Source of the DNA: Chthoniobacteraceae bacterium
GTDB lineage: Bacteria; Verrucomicrobiota; Verrucomicrobiia; Chthoniobacterales; Chthoniobacteraceae
DNA length: 64,000 nucleotides
Assembly (NCBI GenBank): GCA_037190965.1
Contig: JBBCKI010000004.1
Location: 63,786-127,785 of the forward strand
Direction of reading: 5' to 3'
In this document: positions 40,270-49,334 of the stretch, piece after piece
Position numbering within the stretch: the stretch's first letter is position 1
How the letters are laid out: every line of letters begins with the position of its first letter
Notes under the pieces: model-generated
What the model was told of the DNA's origin: nothing
What the model saw: only the letters and a program-made list of their open reading frames with translations
The model's database searches: none
Made by a program: the position numbers and the translations under genes

Positions 40270-41988
40270 ATGGCCAAATCTTTCGGAGAACGGATCGCGG
40301 ACATCCTCATTGAGGATGGACTGCTCCTGCCCGCCCAGCTTGAGGAGGCGATTGCGCTCCAGAAAGAACAGGGCGGCCGCCTCGTCAAGCTCCTGACGGA
40401 AAAAGGGTTTGTCACCGAGCAGGACATGGTGATCTCGATGGGGCGCTGCCTCGACGTCCCTCCCATCAACGTCTCGAAGCTCCGCATCCCGGAGACCGTC
40501 TCCAGCCTGATTCCCAAGGAGATCGCGCGCAACTACAAGCTCGCGCCCGTCTGCAAGCTGGGCAACAAGCTCTTCGTGGCGATGGCGGACCCGATGAACG
40601 TCCTTGCCATCGACGACATCCGCCAGCGGACCAAGCTGGAGATCGTCCCGATGATCGCCACGGAAAAAGGGGTCCAGGATGCGCTCTCCGGCGTCTCGCA
40701 CGGCGGGGCGAGCATGGCGCAGGTCATGAAAGACGCCGCCGAACAAGCGGCGGGCGCAGCCTCCACCGATGGCCCCAAGGAGACGCGGGGCAACCTCGAT
40801 CTCGACCAGGCGCAGACCGGCGGCGACGACGGCCCGGTCGTCAAGATCGTCAACATGATCCTGGTGCAGGCGCTCAAGGAAAAGGCGTCGGACATTCACA
40901 TCGAACCGTTCGAAAAGGGGATCAAGCTTCGGTACCGCGTCGACGGCAACCTCATCGAAGCCAGCTCGCCCCCCAAGGCGCTGCAACTGCCGATGGCTTC
41001 GCGCATCAAGATTCTCGCCGGGCTCGACATCGCCGAGCGGCGCCTCCCGCAGGACGGCCGCTTCCGAATCCGCGTTTCCGGCAAGGAGATCGATCTTCGT
41101 ATCTCCATGCTCCCGACCGTGCACGGAGAGAAGATCGTCATCCGTATTCTCGACAAGAGCGCCCTCTCCGGGTCGATTCATCAGCTCGGGCTCGATGAGC
41201 AGACCTTTGTTAATTTCAAGAAAGCCATCGACGCGCCGCACGGCATGATCCTCGTCACAGGCCCCACCGGCTCGGGCAAGACGACGACACTTTATTCCGT
41301 CCTCCAGGAACTCAACAACCCGGAGTACAACATCGTCACCGTCGAAGACCCGGTGGAATACCAGCTCGTCGGCGTCAACCAGGTGGCGGTGAAGACCGAG
41401 ATCGGCCTCACCTTTGCCGCCGCGCTCCGTTCCATCCTGCGTCAGGACCCCGACATCGTCATGATCGGTGAAATTCGAGACCAGGAGACCGCCGACATCG
41501 CCGTCAAGGCGGCGCTCACCGGCCACCAGGTCTTGAGCACCCTGCACACCAACGACGCCGCCGGGGCCATCAGCCGTCTTGATGACATGGGCATCGAGCC
41601 CTTCCTCATCTCCTCCTCGGTCCTCCTGACATGCGCTCAGCGTCTCGTCCGGCGCGTCTGCTCCAACTGCAAGGAAGAGTTCACGCCGGAGCCCGAAGTC
41701 TTCCAGGAGTTGGGAATCGAAGACATGATCGGCGAAACCTTCTACCGGGGCGCGGGATGCGACCGATGCAGCGGGCGCGGCTACTCGGGCCGTGCCGCCA
41801 TTCTGGAAATTCTTCCCGTCACCGAACCGATCCGCCGTCTCATCATCAAACGCGCCTCCGCCTCGGTCATCAAAAACCAGGCCGTCGCGGAAGGAATGAA
41901 AACCCTCCGCATGGCAGGCATCGACAAGGCCCGCGAGGGAGTCACGACGCTGGAAGAGGTGCTGCGCATCACTTCAGAGGATCATTGA
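40270..41988 (+). CDS. pilB: Type II/IV secretion assembly ATPase (PilB/GspE)
   Basis: ASDIHIEP, GPTGSGKTT, LRQDPD, GEIRD, STLHTN, tetracysteine motif. Confidence 0.92.
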   Translation: MAKSFGERIADILIEDGLLLPAQLEEAIALQKEQGGRLVKLLTEKGFVTEQDMVISMGRCLDVPPINVSKLRIPETVSSLIPKEIARNYKLAPVCKLGNKLFVAMADPMNVLAIDDIRQRTKLEIVPMIATEKGVQDALSGVSHGGASMAQVMKDAAEQAAGAASTDGPKETRGNLDLDQAQTGGDDGPVVKIVNMILVQALKEKASDIHIEPFEKGIKLRYRVDGNLIEASSPPKALQLPMASRIKILAGLDIAERRLPQDGRFRIRVSGKEIDLRISMLPTVHGEKIVIRILDKSALSGSIHQLGLDEQTFVNFKKAIDAPHGMILVTGPTGSGKTTTLYSVLQELNNPEYNIVTVEDPVEYQLVGVNQVAVKTEIGLTFAAALRSILRQDPDIVMIGEIRDQETADIAVKAALTGHQVLSTLHTNDAAGAISRLDDMGIEPFLISSSVLLTCAQRLVRRVCSNCKEEFTPEPEVFQELGIEDMIGETFYRGAGCDRCSGRGYSGRAAILEILPVTEPIRRLIIKRASASVIKNQAVAEGMKTLRMAGIDKAREGVTTLEEVLRITSEDH

Positions 41989-43201
41989 CCATCTCAACGC
42001 CTTCCGGATAGAGGCGTGGAAAATAGTAACCGACCAGTGAGGCAGGGAAGCCCATGCGCAGCGGTGCTCCGGGAGCATTGGATACAACCAACCCCTCATC
42101 AAGCAACGTGCTGACAATGCGACGTGCGGTGCGCTCCGGTTTGTGCAGGATCCGAGTCGCGTCGCCTCGGGTGATTTCACCACGCAGGAAAATATCGCGC
42201 AACAAATGGGGAATCTCTTCGGAAGAACGGGTATTCATCGCCCAGCGCTTCGAGACGAGGAGAATACGATCCTGCATCGAATCGAGATCCAGCAGTTTGG
42301 CCATGAACTCCACCTGATCGATGGCCGCACCAAGGAAGAACCGACAGAATCGCGCGAGTCCTTCGTCTGAAAGGTTGCCGCGCCCGTCCAGATCTCCGCG
42401 CCGCGAAGAATCCGCTGCAGCCAAAGCCGCCATATAGTCGTCCCGGCGGCGGGCGAGCCCCCGCGATACCATCCACAAGCGATGCCCATCAACCTTTGCG
42501 CGGATCAAATAGGCGTGCGTAAAAAGTCGCGTGACCCGACCATTCCCATCCAGATAAGGGTGAATCCATGCAAGCCGATGGTGAGACGCGGCGGCGGCAA
42601 CAATCTGCTGAATCGGATCGAGATGATCCGGTCGGTAGGCTTCGGCAAACCTGGCAAGAAAGCGAGGCAGACTGGAAAATGTCGGTGGCACATGCCGCCC
42701 CACTTCGACTTCGCACGATCGCAACTCGCCAGGGATCACTTGATCCACACCGCCACTACGCGTCTTCACGATGCGAAACGCCTCGGGAAGCCGTTCATAA
42801 AACTCCTTGTGAATCCAATTCACAAACTCGGGTGAACAAACATTCGTATCCGGTGCACCCTCCAGTCGACGCTCCACCAGAATCTGCGTTTCAATGTGGG
42901 CCTTGCTTTCAAGTTGAAGCGCTCGAAGGGCAGGGTCTGAGGCATAATCGTTGCGCAAGGCCTTTTCAATGGCGAGCGGGTGGGTGTTATGACCCTCGAT
43001 GAGGTTCGAATAATAACTATTCATCGAGCGCAGCAGCTCCACGACTCGGTCCCGAGTTACAGGATGTAACGCCGCACTCAGTTGCGCCGACTTCCGGAGC
43101 AACTCGATGGACAACGCTTTCAGCTCCCTTGCCGTGTCACGCGGGAAGAGTGGCTCCAGAGCTGCCGGATTAGAGTAAAGCTCGCGCGTTCCATCCATCA
43201 T
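41969..43201 (-). CDS. Fic-family protein with C-terminal HTH
   Basis: HPYLDGNGRVTR active site; SNLIEG inhibitory motif. Confidence 0.92.
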   Translation of the reverse strand: MMDGTRELYSNPAALEPLFPRDTARELKALSIELLRKSAQLSAALHPVTRDRVVELLRSMNSYYSNLIEGHNTHPLAIEKALRNDYASDPALRALQLESKAHIETQILVERRLEGAPDTNVCSPEFVNWIHKEFYERLPEAFRIVKTRSGGVDQVIPGELRSCEVEVGRHVPPTFSSLPRFLARFAEAYRPDHLDPIQQIVAAAASHHRLAWIHPYLDGNGRVTRLFTHAYLIRAKVDGHRLWMVSRGLARRRDDYMAALAAADSSRRGDLDGRGNLSDEGLARFCRFFLGAAIDQVEFMAKLLDLDSMQDRILLVSKRWAMNTRSSEEIPHLLRDIFLRGEITRGDATRILHKPERTARRIVSTLLDEGLVVSNAPGAPLRMGFPASLVGYYFPRLYPEGVEMVNDPLK

Positions 43202-43203
43202 TT

Positions 43204-43290
43204 CAGCCGGTAAAATGGCCGGTGCTTTGGCCGATGTCAACAGAAGGATTTTCTGGGAATTTTCAAAAATTTGGCCGGTTACTTGGCCGG
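43204..43290 (-). promoter_or_regulatory. fic promoter with 12-bp-periodic (TG)GCCGG repeats
   Basis: TTGACA on minus strand at 43240-43235; GCCGR at 43206, 43218, 43230 and 43274, 43286. Confidence 0.55.
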
Positions 43291-43387
43291 CGACCAGCAC
43301 GGAATAAAAGATGCTTCGCGATACCCCGAAAAATCACTACCCCAATCTCTCTTGCCGACTGCCCGATCCCGAGGCAACGTTTCCTTC

Positions 43388-43957
43388 GTGATCGAGCCCG
43401 AACTGCTTTTGAACGCCTACGCCCAGGGAGTCTTCCCGATGGCGATGCCCGAGGGCGACATCGGCTGGTTTTCGCCCGATCCTCGCGGGGTCATTCCTCT
43501 GGATCAGTTTCACGTGCCGCATGGGCTGGCGCGCCGCCTTCGCAATCACCCGTTTGAAATCCGCTTCAACACCGCCTTTGCCGAAGTGATGAGCGGGTGC
43601 GCCGAACGGGAGGAAACATGGATCGACCCCCAGATCACCGCCTCCTACCACCGCCTGCATCAGCTTGGGTTCGCTTATTCGGTGGAAACCTGGCGGGAAA
43701 ACCGGCTGGTCGGCGGCCTCTACGGCGTAACGCTGGGGGGAGTGTTTTTTGGAGAATCGATGTTCCATCGGGAGACCGACGCCTCCAAAATCGCCCTCCA
43801 TGCCCTGGTGCAACGCTTGAGGGAGCGCGGCTTCGCCCTTCTCGACATCCAATGGATCACCCCGCATCTCGCCACTTTTGGAGCGATCGAGATTCCCCGG
43901 CGCCTTTACCTCCGGCAACTCCGGGCGGCTTTGCGCCTCGAATGCGTTTTCGAATAA
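43388..43957 (+). CDS. aat: Leucyl/phenylalanyl-tRNA--protein transferase
   Basis: AYAQGVFPM, SPDPRG, LVGGLYGV, FFGESMF, DASK. Confidence 0.95.
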   Translation: MIEPELLLNAYAQGVFPMAMPEGDIGWFSPDPRGVIPLDQFHVPHGLARRLRNHPFEIRFNTAFAEVMSGCAEREETWIDPQITASYHRLHQLGFAYSVETWRENRLVGGLYGVTLGGVFFGESMFHRETDASKIALHALVQRLRERGFALLDIQWITPHLATFGAIEIPRRLYLRQLRAALRLECVFE

Positions 43958-44006
43958 CGAAGTCGGGCTTTACCCCCACTCTCCTCGTGGTATCGTTCGC
44001 GGGCTT

Positions 44007-44642
44007 ATGCGATTTCAAACACTTTGGGAAGCTCGCTGGATTTTTGCGGTAGAGCTGGCACTCACGGCAGGATTTTACTGGATTACCCCCCTGCTCGCGA
44101 TCCTCGGGCTGCTCATCATTCTTTATACCTTCTACTTCTTTCGGGACCCGGATCGGGCCACGCCCTCGGACGCGGACGCGGTGATCTCCGCCGCCGACGG
44201 GGTGATCTCCGACATCGTGGAAATCGATGAAGCGCAGGTGACGCAGACGAAGATGAAGCGGGTGGCGATCTTTCTTTCCGTTTTCGACGTCCACACCAAT
44301 CGTGCCCCCATCGACGGCAAGGTGATCTACACCCAGCACTACGTCGGCAAGTACCTCGACGCCCGCAACCCGGAGGCCACCCGCCTCAACGCCTACCGGA
44401 CGTGGGGCTTCTGCAATGACCGCGTCACCATCGTGGTGCGGCAGATTACCGGCGCGATCGCGCGGCGGATTGTCGCCTGGTCGAAAGTCGGCGACACCGT
44501 GCAGCAGGGCGAACGTTTCGGGATGATCCGCTTCGGCTCCCGCACGGAAGTCTACGTGCCCCTGGACGCGGAAATCCTCGTCAAAGTGGGAGACCGTGTG
44601 CAAGGGGGCGCGACCATCATCGCGCGCCTCCGCAAGCCTTAA
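44007..44642 (+). CDS. psd: Phosphatidylserine decarboxylase (short type)
   Basis: FFRDPDR, SAADG, VHTNRAP, RFGSR cleavage motif. Confidence 0.93.
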   Translation: MRFQTLWEARWIFAVELALTAGFYWITPLLAILGLLIILYTFYFFRDPDRATPSDADAVISAADGVISDIVEIDEAQVTQTKMKRVAIFLSVFDVHTNRAPIDGKVIYTQHYVGKYLDARNPEATRLNAYRTWGFCNDRVTIVVRQITGAIARRIVAWSKVGDTVQQGERFGMIRFGSRTEVYVPLDAEILVKVGDRVQGGATIIARLRKP

Positions 44643-44648
44643 TACCCT

Positions 44649-45488
44649 ATGAGCGAACAGGAAGACCTTCCAAAAATCTACCTCCTGCCGAACCTGATGA
44701 CGGCAGGCAATCTTTTCTGCGGATTCGCCGCCACCCTGCGGATTTTGGAAGGAGCGCTCCTGCGCGATAACGGGCTCAACCCGATCAGCAAATTTCACGA
44801 GGCGATCTGGCTCATTCTCGGTGCGTGCATCTTCGACCTTCTCGACGGGCGGCTCGCCCGCATGGGCGGCAGCGAGAGCGAATTCGGGCGGGAGTTCGAT
44901 TCGCTTGCCGACATCGTCTCTTTCGGCGTCGCCCCGGCGTTGCTCATCTACCAGATCGTTCTGCGGGACTTCGAACAAGGGTGGCTCGCGGCGTTTCTTT
45001 ACCTTCTCTGCGGGGGAATGCGGCTCGCGCGTTTCAACTGCATCGCCGCCAAGGGAGGCGGCGCGGACAAGGACTTCCGGGGCTTCCCGATTCCCGCCGC
45101 CGCCGGTGTCATCTCCTCGGTCACGCTTTTCATCCTTTGGTTCGAGCAAGGCTCCCGGGAACTAGGCAACTGGAAATATCTCCTGCTAGCACTGATGGTT
45201 TTCCTCTCCTTCATGATGTTCTCGCGGTTCAAATACCCGAGCTTCAAGGCGCTGAACTGGAAGACGAAGAAGTCGATTCCCCGCTTCCTCGCCATCATGA
45301 TCCTGCTGGTCTTCACGGTCATCAACTACAACTGGATGCCCGCCGTTATCTTCATCTGCTATCTCCTCTACGGATTCCTGAGGCCATCGCTCTCCATCCG
45401 GATGCGCGGTGAGTTCGAGGATATCGACGAAGAGGAACCCGAAGAGACGAAGACTACCCAATCGCTGCCGCCAACGAAGACCCCGTAG
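44649..45488 (+). CDS. pssA: CDP-diacylglycerol--serine O-phosphatidyltransferase
   Basis: DLLDGRLAR...GREFDSLADIVSFGVAP, RLARFN. Confidence 0.94.
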   Translation: MSEQEDLPKIYLLPNLMTAGNLFCGFAATLRILEGALLRDNGLNPISKFHEAIWLILGACIFDLLDGRLARMGGSESEFGREFDSLADIVSFGVAPALLIYQIVLRDFEQGWLAAFLYLLCGGMRLARFNCIAAKGGGADKDFRGFPIPAAAGVISSVTLFILWFEQGSRELGNWKYLLLALMVFLSFMMFSRFKYPSFKALNWKTKKSIPRFLAIMILLVFTVINYNWMPAVIFICYLLYGFLRPSLSIRMRGEFEDIDEEEPEETKTTQSLPPTKTP

Positions 45489-45663
45489 CCAAAGAATCGG
45501 GCGACCGGGACATCGCCGCCAGATCCCGTCGTGAAGGCGTGGCATCGGCGTTGACGGTGGCGTGAGAGAGGCTTACATCCAGGCCGCAGCCGGAATCCAA
45601 AATTAATTTCTTTAATCCCCCTTTCGCACGGCAAAAGGAGTGCTACTATTCGGGCGTTCCCTC

Positions 45664-46671
45664 ATGGAATCCCCCGTCATCGCCCCACTTCCTGCTTCCG
45701 TTTTCCCCGACTTTCCTTCCGGCCATGCCTTTGCCCCGGTTGGAGAATCGCTTCTTAATCCGCTGCTCACGGCTCCCGCCGCCGACCCATGGATCGTGCG
45801 TCATGATGGGGTCTGGTATTCGCTTCAAGCCGTTGCCCGGCGATTGGAACTACGCAGCGCCTGCCGCCTCGCCGATCTGGGACGCGCGGAGCCGGTCATT
45901 ATCTGGCACGCCGCGCCGCGCGGCGGATGCTCGCGGAATCTCTGGGCGCCGGAGCTTCACCGGCTCGAAGGGCGCTGGTTCATCTACCTTGCGGCGGATG
46001 ACGGGCGCAATGAAAACCACCGGATGTGGGTCCTCGAAGGCGACACTCCCTTCGGTCCATGGCACAACCGGGGGAAGCTGGACACCGGCGGCTGGGCCAT
46101 CGACGGCAGTGTGATGGAAGAAGGCGGCAACCGTTACTTTGTCTGGAGCGGCTGGCCGGGCCGCCGCAACGGACAGCAGAATCTCTATATCGCCAGGATG
46201 CTCGATCCGTGGACCCTCGCCGGTCCGCGCATCCTGCTGACCGAGCCTCGGGAGCCGTGGGAGCGGATGGCGTTGCCGCTTTGTGAAGGCCCGCAATGGC
46301 TCCGGCGCGGCGGCAAGACATTTCTGGTCTACTCCGCCAGCGGCTCATGGACACCCGATTACTGCCTTGGGATGCTCGTGAATGACGACGGCGATCTGCT
46401 CAACCCCCTTTCATGGGCGAAACACGGACCTGTCTTCCAAAAAACCGAGCAGGTCTGGGGAGTCGGCCATTGCTGTTTTGCGCACGACCCGATGGCGGGC
46501 GATCTCCTCTTCTACCACGCCAAGACCGAGCAAACCCACGGCTGGGATGACCGAAACGTCCGAGTGCAACCGTTCGGCTGGTCCGCCGACGGATTGCCTC
46601 ACTTTGGAACTCCCGTGGAGATCGTCACTCCCCGGCCTTCAATGGCTGAAACACCGCTTTTCTCTCCTTAA
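45664..46671 (+). CDS. GH43 glycoside hydrolase (arabinofuranosidase-like)
   Basis: ADPW, WAPELH, WAIDG, EGPQ, YSASGSW. Confidence 0.9.
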   Translation: MESPVIAPLPASVFPDFPSGHAFAPVGESLLNPLLTAPAADPWIVRHDGVWYSLQAVARRLELRSACRLADLGRAEPVIIWHAAPRGGCSRNLWAPELHRLEGRWFIYLAADDGRNENHRMWVLEGDTPFGPWHNRGKLDTGGWAIDGSVMEEGGNRYFVWSGWPGRRNGQQNLYIARMLDPWTLAGPRILLTEPREPWERMALPLCEGPQWLRRGGKTFLVYSASGSWTPDYCLGMLVNDDGDLLNPLSWAKHGPVFQKTEQVWGVGHCCFAHDPMAGDLLFYHAKTEQTHGWDDRNVRVQPFGWSADGLPHFGTPVEIVTPRPSMAETPLFSP

Positions 46672-47041
46672 AGGAGATATGCTCGCGGACGAACAAACGG
46701 CGAACCGACGCGGAATCCGCGACCCGGATCGTGCCGTTCTTCACCTCGATCGGAAAATGATGACTCCCGATCAGCCATGCGACCCTGGCCGCGTTTGCAG
46801 CAGCCCCCAGCGGCACTTCGATGATCCGCTCCGGCTCCTGCAGCAGCACGTAAAACGCCGTCCTGGTGGCATGAAATACCGCGCCGTGAACCAGCGGCTC
46901 CTCGAGAACGAAGCTGAACTCGCGGCCATCCGCCGCCACCCCGCGCCAGCGCCGCTTCCCCAGGGTATGACGATCCGATAGCAGGGCGACCCGGTTCAAA
47001 TTCGCCGGGATGGCCTCAAGGGCATGATGCACGTAAATCAT
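46625..47041 (-). CDS. ureE: Urease accessory protein UreE-like
   Basis: KRRWRGVAADGREF, AARVAWLIGSHHFP. Confidence 0.7.
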   Translation of the reverse strand: MIYVHHALEAIPANLNRVALLSDRHTLGKRRWRGVAADGREFSFVLEEPLVHGAVFHATRTAFYVLLQEPERIIEVPLGAAANAARVAWLIGSHHFPIEVKNGTIRVADSASVRRLFVREHISFKERKAVFQPLKAGE

Positions 47042-47361
47042 TGAGGGGAAATCCTTAGTAAAACACCGAATGGGCCACTACCGCGAGCGCCCAGCCAAGC
47101 CGCCTCCTTTCCAGCCTGTTTTTCCGAAAAAATCAAGCTTGGAGCGGAATCAAGGAGAGTTTGAGCAAACTCCGTTCGTCGCGCCCATCGCTCAACGAAA
47201 CACAACACTGATAAAAATTTAGTGTAAAACCCTGTTGGGTTTGTCATCCTTTCCCCGAGAAAATGCGCTACCTCTCGAGGTTTGGACCGCATTTTCTCTC
47301 CTCGCATGGAGCGCACCAGAATTTCAGGACGAATTTATTTGAATCATGACTTTGGGAGAGA

Positions 47362-47973
47362 ATGCCACATCAAAAAATTGCTACGGGCAAACGCTCGTCT
47401 GCCTGGACGCTGGTTGAAATGCTGGCGGTCCTCGGGATTCTTGCCCTGTTGACAGCAGCCACGGTCCCCGCCCTGCAGGGAATGAGCCGTTCGGGGAGGA
47501 CCGCCGCCATAGGCCAGATCATGGGGCTCTTTGATCAGGCCCGCTCTCTGGCCCTCGCCCAGGGACGCCCCGTTTACGTTGTCATTGCCGACCGCACCGT
47601 CGGGGGAGAACAGGCCTGCCGCGCTATCGGCATTTATCAGGAGCAGGAAGACACCTCCCTGTCGCCCGCGCTCACTTCTCGTTGGCACGTGTTGCCCGTG
47701 GGATGCCGTTTCCTGGATGATGCCGGGACTCCCTCGCTATTGACCGCGCCCCAATCGGACGCCGAGGCCCCCCGCTTTGTCCTTCCCGGGGAAAGTGCAT
47801 CAAGAGCCCTCCCCTACCTCAAGTTCAACCCGACAGGCGGGGTTGACCATCCGGCGCAATCGCTATGGACGCGGCTCTTTCTCTCCGCCCGCCAAGGGAA
47901 TGCCGACATCCCCGCCGATCAAATTTCCATCGCCCGCTTTACCGGGCGGCCAAAATGCGAATCCGCCCAATGA
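47362..47973 (+). CDS. Prepilin, Verru_Chthon D / FimT-like
   Basis: A|WTLVEMLAVLGI, DQARSLA, FNPTG, ISIARFTGR. Confidence 0.75.
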   Translation: MPHQKIATGKRSSAWTLVEMLAVLGILALLTAATVPALQGMSRSGRTAAIGQIMGLFDQARSLALAQGRPVYVVIADRTVGGEQACRAIGIYQEQEDTSLSPALTSRWHVLPVGCRFLDDAGTPSLLTAPQSDAEAPRFVLPGESASRALPYLKFNPTGGVDHPAQSLWTRLFLSARQGNADIPADQISIARFTGRPKCESAQ

Positions 47974-48530
47974 ACAGGAGGTTGAACCTGAATTCCGATG
48001 TTGGAGCGGATGAGCTTGTGCAAAATCTTTGCACAAGAGGTTGTGCAAGATCGCCGCGAGCAACTTCGGAATTCAGGTTGAAGCCAACCGCCCAAGCCGC
48101 GTTTTCATTGATCGAAGCCGTGATCTCGCTGGCCATCATCGCCTTCTCCGTGGTGGGGATGCTGGGTCTCTTTCCCATCGGGCTCAAACAAGCCTCCGCC
48201 ACCATTCTGGAGACGCACGGAACCCAACTGGCCCAGGAGATCTTTGCGACTCTCCGCACTCCGCCGTTCGAGAAAGTGAATTGCTTTGGGACGGAACTCG
48301 ATCTTGCCAGTCTTAATGAAGGAGCTGCCCCGGTGCTCCTTTACGCCACATTCCCTGCCTACGGCGCGCCCTCCATCGGCACGGAGGAGACGGACGACTC
48401 GCTTTACACCGTGGAGCTTCGCTTCGACAAAATCACGGCGGTGGCCGCAAACCAGGTGACGCTCATTCTCTCCCCGTGCCGCCAGTCTTCGGAGCGGCTG
48501 ATCTTCCAGTCGATCGTGGGCACCTTCTAG
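47970..48530 (+). CDS. Prepilin, Verru_Chthon B-like (leader carries a 32-codon insertion)
   Basis: A|FSLIEAVISLAIIAFSVVGMLGLFPIGL; ATGA overlap with the upstream stop. Confidence 0.75.
   Translation: MNRRLNLNSDVGADELVQNLCTRGCARSPRATSEFRLKPTAQAAFSLIEAVISLAIIAFSVVGMLGLFPIGLKQASATILETHGTQLAQEIFATLRTPPFEKVNCFGTELDLASLNEGAAPVLLYATFPAYGAPSIGTEETDDSLYTVELRFDKITAVAANQVTLILSPCRQSSERLIFQSIVGTF
47985..48079. mobile_element. Palindromic MITE-like insertion
   Basis: 19-bp terminal IRs (1 mismatch), inner 10-bp hairpin 48015-48037, AGGTTGAA direct repeat 96 bp apart. Confidence 0.8.
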
Positions 48531-48536
48531 CGAACG

Positions 48537-49334
48537 ATGAAGACTGACGCCGGACAATCCAGTTGCAAGCGGGAGCAAAGAGCCGCTTTTACCCTGCTCG
48601 AATTGCTGGCGGCCTGTTCGGTCACGCTGCTCATTCTGACGATCACCCTGCGCGTTTTCTCGGCGGCCACCGATCTCTGGCGTCACTCCGAAACCCGGGC
48701 CGAAACCTACCGGGAAGCCAGGGCAGCCCTCGACATCATGGCGCGCGACCTGCGGATGACCAGCCCCGCCCCCGGCGCCCCAATGCTCCGGCTCGCTTAC
48801 GATCCCGAGACCTCGCAGGAAGATCGCGTCAACGAAGAGGTCTACGCCATGGCCGCCCTGCCCAACGCGGGAAAAGGCAGCCTTTGTGCCGTCGGCTACC
48901 GCTGCGTCTGGAATGAAGAGACGAAATGCTATGTCCTCAAACGCCTCTTTCGGAACAGCAACGACATCTTCAACGGGTTCAAGAAAGCCGGGGGTGTCGA
49001 CTTTTCCACGCTCTATTCACGGGCCGACGCCCTCACAAACCCGGATAGAGAAGAGGAAGCCGCGCGGTATATATGGGATCTCACCTTCCGGCCCTGTGAA
49101 AACGGCGAGGTGGCGACCGCCTATCCTGACAAAACGTACTCCGAAGATTTGCCGCTCTGGATCGAGATCCGCTTCAAAGCCCTTGGCCCCGCTGCAGCGG
49201 CAAAACTGAATACCCTCCCGGTCACGCGGGAGACTTGGACCAACCCCGAAGACCCGCTCTTCAAGAGACTGATCCATCCCTTCCAGCAACAGTTCTCGAT
49301 GCGCGTCCGCCTTTACGCCGCCAGTCCCCAATGA
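48537..49334 (+). CDS. Prepilin, Verru_Chthon C / PilW-like
   Basis: A|FTLLELL, YREARAALDIMARDL, CAVGY. Confidence 0.75.
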   Translation: MKTDAGQSSCKREQRAAFTLLELLAACSVTLLILTITLRVFSAATDLWRHSETRAETYREARAALDIMARDLRMTSPAPGAPMLRLAYDPETSQEDRVNEEVYAMAALPNAGKGSLCAVGYRCVWNEETKCYVLKRLFRNSNDIFNGFKKAGGVDFSTLYSRADALTNPDREEEAARYIWDLTFRPCENGEVATAYPDKTYSEDLPLWIEIRFKALGPAAAAKLNTLPVTRETWTNPEDPLFKRLIHPFQQQFSMRVRLYAASPQ

